Assembly: GCF_964204645.1 (NCBI RefSeq) | Contig: NC_134027.1 | Span: 186,001 to 250,000 of the forward strand | DNA: 64,000 nucleotides | Direction: 5' to 3' | Source of the DNA: Tubulanus polymorphus | Taxonomy: Eukaryota > Animalia > Nemertea | Part shown: piece by piece, positions 60,201 to 64,000 of the stretch | Layout: the number at the start of each line of letters is the position of its first letter | Position numbering within the stretch: the first letter of the stretch is position 1 | Made by a program: the position numbers and the translations under genes | The notes under the pieces: generated by a model | Database searches by the model: none | What the model saw: the letters and a program-made list of their open reading frames with translations, nothing else | What the model was told of the DNA's origin: nothing

Positions 60201-62672
60201 ATGTAAAACTTACATCAATCAAACTGTCCGTGCTGCCGTAATGATTTGAAATCTCATAAATCGCTGATCGTCGTGACAACGATTTACGTTTATTGCGAGA
60301 GAACGGAGTCGGTGATTTCCGCAGCCAGCTCGATTCTAAAACACAAATTCATACATGAAATATTCATAAAATAAAATTGATATTATAAAACTGATATTCA
60401 GTTCAATGGTTGTATTAGTGAGTGAGACAGTCCGACTGTTCGAGGTTGAAATTTGACCTTAGTGTTAAAATAATGAAAACTGAACTAACTTTAAAAATTA
60501 GACAACTGATTCCAGAGATCAGTTTCACACTCGGGTTAAAACATTCAATTCTAAATTCTCAAGTCGAACTGTAGGACTGGATTGAGATGTTTGTTTCTTA
60601 CCGACAGGAATGACTTTATCTCCGACCGCTGCTTGTTTACGTCTGGGATCTTTATTACTGAACGGAGTATTCGCTCCACTAACCGTCTGCTGTTTCCACG
60701 TTTCAATCTCTTGTGGCCAGTCGACAAATACAAACTGTTTACGAGTCGCTGCATTTAAAAACAATTACCAAAATACATGAACAAATACAAGGAAATATCT
60801 GTTACTCATCTACCGGTTACAGACAGAAGACTTTCAAAACTAGTCAGTTATAATGAATAATCCCGCACTGATATCACTGTTTCTGAGTATTGGGAAACCT
60901 GGGCCTGGTTTCATAGACTGAGTATCAAAGTTATCCCTAGGGGTAAATCCTCAATCTGGGTGACAAAACCACCATGGTTACAATGAGACACCATGGTTAT
61001 AACTGATAGATTTCAAAATGTTGCCAGGGACTATTTTTCTTCTACATCTATGAAACCCAGCCCTATTACTTATCGCTCCTTTAAGAAAGGATTTAGATAT
61101 ATCTCAAAACTCTCTTACTACTTACGTCGATAATCTTTGAATATATCGTTTTCGGAATATCGTTTCCGTAGTAACGGAGAATTCGGTTGAGCACTGTTGA
61201 AATCGAACGGGTTGATTTTGCAGACATCCGGCGAAGATTGTCGTTTTAAACGTAACTTCGACAGAAATGATCGCCGTTCGACATTTTGTCGGTAAACCGT
61301 ATCGGGACAAGTCGTCAACTGTTTAGATATGTCTTCATTTTCTCGTAAATCTAAACAAAAATCAAATAACTAATAATCTACTGAAAAGAATAACCCACAA
61401 TTAGGAAGCAAGACTACAAGAGAAGAGTTAGATTGCTGACTTACCGATATCTACAGGGTATCTGAGCGCCAGTCGACTACCCATTAAAACTTGACTCTCA
61501 ACTGATAAATTCAGACAGCTTCGCGCTTGTTGTCGAGCTCTTGTTTGTTGCATTAATGGTTTCAGTTGGTCGTCTTCTGCAAAATATGGGATTTCCTTTA
61601 AATTTAGTGTTAATGAATCGGAAATGTTACAGCGCGAAAATCTTATAAAACTTGTATCTATCCCATTGCGAGGCATCTTGATACTTTTTGTGATCTGGTT
61701 CCTGATAAGTTAGTAGGGTAATCTTATTATTGTTTGTAAGCTTTAATTAAGGTTTGTGGAAACATCCAATCGTAAAACTCAACCACAGACTGGTATTTCT
61801 GACCAGGTCCTGGATGCAGTTCCATGATTTTTTAGTTTGAATTGAACTGCGCAATAAACCAATTGAAAATGAATTGATTCTTACTCTAAGAATAGGGGAA
61901 CCGAGTTCTGCTGGTTAGACACTCACCAGTAGGTTTAGATACCCTATCAGGGGAGTCTAATAGCGTAGCTATCAACCATTCTGGTTGAATATTCCCGAGG
62001 TTTAAACCACTCCACGATACAATTCCAGCTACAAAATAAACAACACATTTTCACCTACAAAACATTCTTATCTTGAACAAAATATTCAAAGATACGGTTT
62101 CATAGTTTCGAATCAAGTTTGAAACTAACTCACAACCGTGAAACTAGAAGATTTGTTCAGTACTAACCTTCTTTATCAAATCCCATATGATGAAGCAGCA
62201 TGCCTGTAATATTATGAGCTTCTAAATCTAAACTTAATTTCAGCGCAGTTTGTACATCATTGATACCCTGAAAATATATACAACCACTTCACAGTCGGAC
62301 CTCAAAGAAAGTTAACCTTTAAATTTGATAATTTCTAGCTATAAATCAGTGTAGGGTTGATTCCAGTCAAGATCTAGATACAAGATGCTTCTTCGATTGG
62401 TCTTAGGGACACTCATAGCATGTTCTTATCTAAAACTGATCTTAAGATGAAAATGAGCTCAGCCAGATGTGATTTATGGATTTCAGTAGATATAAACTGG
62501 AGTGGCTGGCTCTCTCACTGGAGTCACTGATACTCGATATATCGATATATACCTGTTGAAGCAGACACTGTACCATAGCCTCGTTCTGATGTCGACAGGC
62601 GTAGCAGATCGGAGTATCCTGACCTTCACCTTGATTACAATCAACCCCTAATTCTATTAAACACTCGACAAC
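45245..62672 (-). CDS. LRRK2: LRRK2-type ROCO kinase (ANK-LRR-ROC-COR-kinase-WD40), about 40 exons in window, 5' end probably outside the window
   Basis: ANK exon VVECLIELGVDCNQ (from 62672); LRR exons 59.1-56.5 kb; ROC YYRIKMMVVGFGGRGKTTLL and ATVGILVKDW (56198-56047), WDFAGQEEFYSTH (55950-55806), NIHARAPGCPVIIVGTH; COR YFINPEWLC and YEMPFVPIGFWSRLI; kinase GEGSFGSVYRA...VAVKVFNK (51059-50762), YRDMKPDNVL (50277-50179), AKITDYGIA...SEGTAGYKAPE (50030-49797); WD40-like exons to the stop at 45245. Confidence 0.92.
46106..46260. repeat. Compound microsatellite (ATCAT/ATATCAT/ACGTCAT)
   Basis: Direct inspection; intronic. Confidence 0.9.
50345..50735. repeat. Intronic ~20-bp tandem array (AGAAYTGTGGAACTGGG...)
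   Basis: About 19 degenerate copies of the MITE-TIR motif. Confidence 0.9.
51107..51514. repeat. Polypyrimidine/polypurine minisatellite (CCCCTGTACCCCATCCTCCCTCCT, ~25-30 bp unit)
   Basis: Strongly C/T-biased + strand; it gives spurious G/E/R-rich ORFs. Confidence 0.95.
52930..53133. repeat. Intronic minisatellite, ~6 x 35 bp (GGCTGAGGGTAGGCTACAGAGATTGAGTAATCAAT)
   Basis: Direct inspection. Confidence 0.92.
60899..61065. mobile_element. MITE-like element (GGGCCTGGTTTCATAGA...TCTATGAAACCCAGCCC); partial copies at 52195-52283
   Basis: Inverted termini; ATAGACTGrGTATCAmAGTTATCCCTAG recurs twice near 52.2 kb. Confidence 0.65.
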
Positions 62673-64000
62673 CTAAAACAGAGATAAACAAGAAACGAAA
62701 TTCTTAATATGGACTTGACCGTTTAATCTAGAATCAAAATTAAAGAAAAATTTTTTTTTTTTTAAATCATGAGTGGTAGGCATGAAGTTTTTGGCAGAAT
62801 TTCAGAGGATCCGTGCTCCGAGTGATTCAAAAAATCCTTATATTTCTCCCATGAATTGAATCAGGGAGTTTTTATGAAAATCTGACGGCTGGGCCGTATG
62901 CAGCCCCGTCTATGGGTAGGTAAAATTTTTTTCATTTATCTAAGTAACTCTAGGTGTATTCTGAGGGCTTTCTGGCTATCTTTCTTTTCTGACATTTTCC
63001 ATGTACGGCAGAATCTAAATGATTTTTTTATAATCTGAAAATTTGATTTGATGATCATCACCTCATAGCAATGTAATCATTAATGCTTCCAAACCACAGA
63101 AAAATTATCTATGCAATTAAAAAACCTAAGATCGACTCATGTAGAAAATCCGCGACTAATGTTACGTTTATTTTTTCAAATAATTTGCATTTGAAGAATC
63201 CCATGATGAAACATTGCATAGAATCATTCTATGCAATGGGTCTATCGTGCCATCATGATCTTTGACCCCTGTGCATACTACTGATGAGGCCTATACAGAT
63301 TGGAATAACATTTAACATTTATAATTGTTGACAAAACAACAAACAGGATACCAACCACATAAATTGTAAGACATAAACAACACATAACGCATGGAAAATA
63401 TGAAGCAGAACTCGAACTTTTGGGGGTAGGAGCGTTCGCACCCCCCCCTGAATACGGCCCTACAGGTACGGGATCTCTGTGATAACAGCATGAAATGATG
63501 ATTAATTATAAATACATTCCACTTACATCATGTGAACTACCGATCGATTGTACACTGTGTACGAAGTTTGTTAGACAATTTATTCACTTCAACAAAACAA
63601 ATCGTAGGCAAAAAAATTGATACCTTGTTTCTCCGCTCTGCTGAGCTTAAAACTTGACCCAGCCGCCTATCTACCTTGGACATTACTGTTTTTTAGAATC
63701 GTGATCTATTTTACCATAATAGACCCGCATCAGCTATAGAAATGAACTGAAGAACAAAGTATCATTTTTGATTAGCCTTGAACTTGGAATTATTTAATGT
63801 CACCACTTCGGGGTATCTATGGATTTATGAGAAATAAAGCTAGAGGTTTTCATCAATAAATGTTAACGTTTTTATTCTTTGATTGCAATAAATCATTCTA
63901 AAATTTAGAAAAAAAAAAAAACAGGCGGCGGCTAAATTAGGAGGGGAGCTGTTGGGAATCAAAGAAATTTATTTCTATGGCCTTATTAAAGTTCCAGTTG

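Noticed and set aside
63217-63233. Another CATAG...CTATG micro-element
   Set aside because: The flanks are inverted (CATTG/CAATG), not directly duplicated, so it is more likely the centre of a larger palindrome.
63275-63310. Hammerhead ribozyme at CTGATGAGGCCTAT
   Set aside because: No closing helix II strand or GAAA follows.
63527-63586. Next upstream LRRK2 exon
   Set aside because: It has a good GTAAGT donor, but the frame required by the 62672 exon begins with TGA at the nearest acceptor, so it was not included.

Overview
Eukaryotic (metazoan, AT-rich invertebrate) genomic DNA with GT-AG introns, not a prokaryotic locus. Genes supported: a 5-exon small CAP-Gly protein (+, 979-3357); an intronless class II DYRK kinase, DYRK2/3 type (+, 5378-7129); a 9-exon FBXL5 iron/oxygen sensor (-, 24754-28635); two intronless SPMIP1/ATP6V1FNB-like paralogues (+, 28854-29468 and 34996-35571), the first head-to-head with FBXL5; an intronless class A peptide-type GPCR (-, 39670-40815); and the 3' ~40 exons of a LRRK2-type ROCO kinase (-, 45245 to beyond 62672). 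Intergenic and intronic DNA is dense in minisatellites, MITE-like inverted-repeat elements and tRNA-derived SINE-like heads. The most unusual non-coding signals are three. (1) A 109-bp-arm palindrome at 38216-38444, bounded by a near-perfect 13-bp direct repeat, whose arms each carry a minimal hammerhead-ribozyme core in Penelope/retrozyme style; degenerate cores occur elsewhere. (2) 24-34 bp CATAG...CTATG micro-palindromes with exact 7-bp flanking duplications. (3) tRNA-like heads followed directly by TTAGGG repeats. I found no CRISPR array and cannot claim a novel multi-gene system. All homology calls are from motif recognition and memory of the families, not from database searches.
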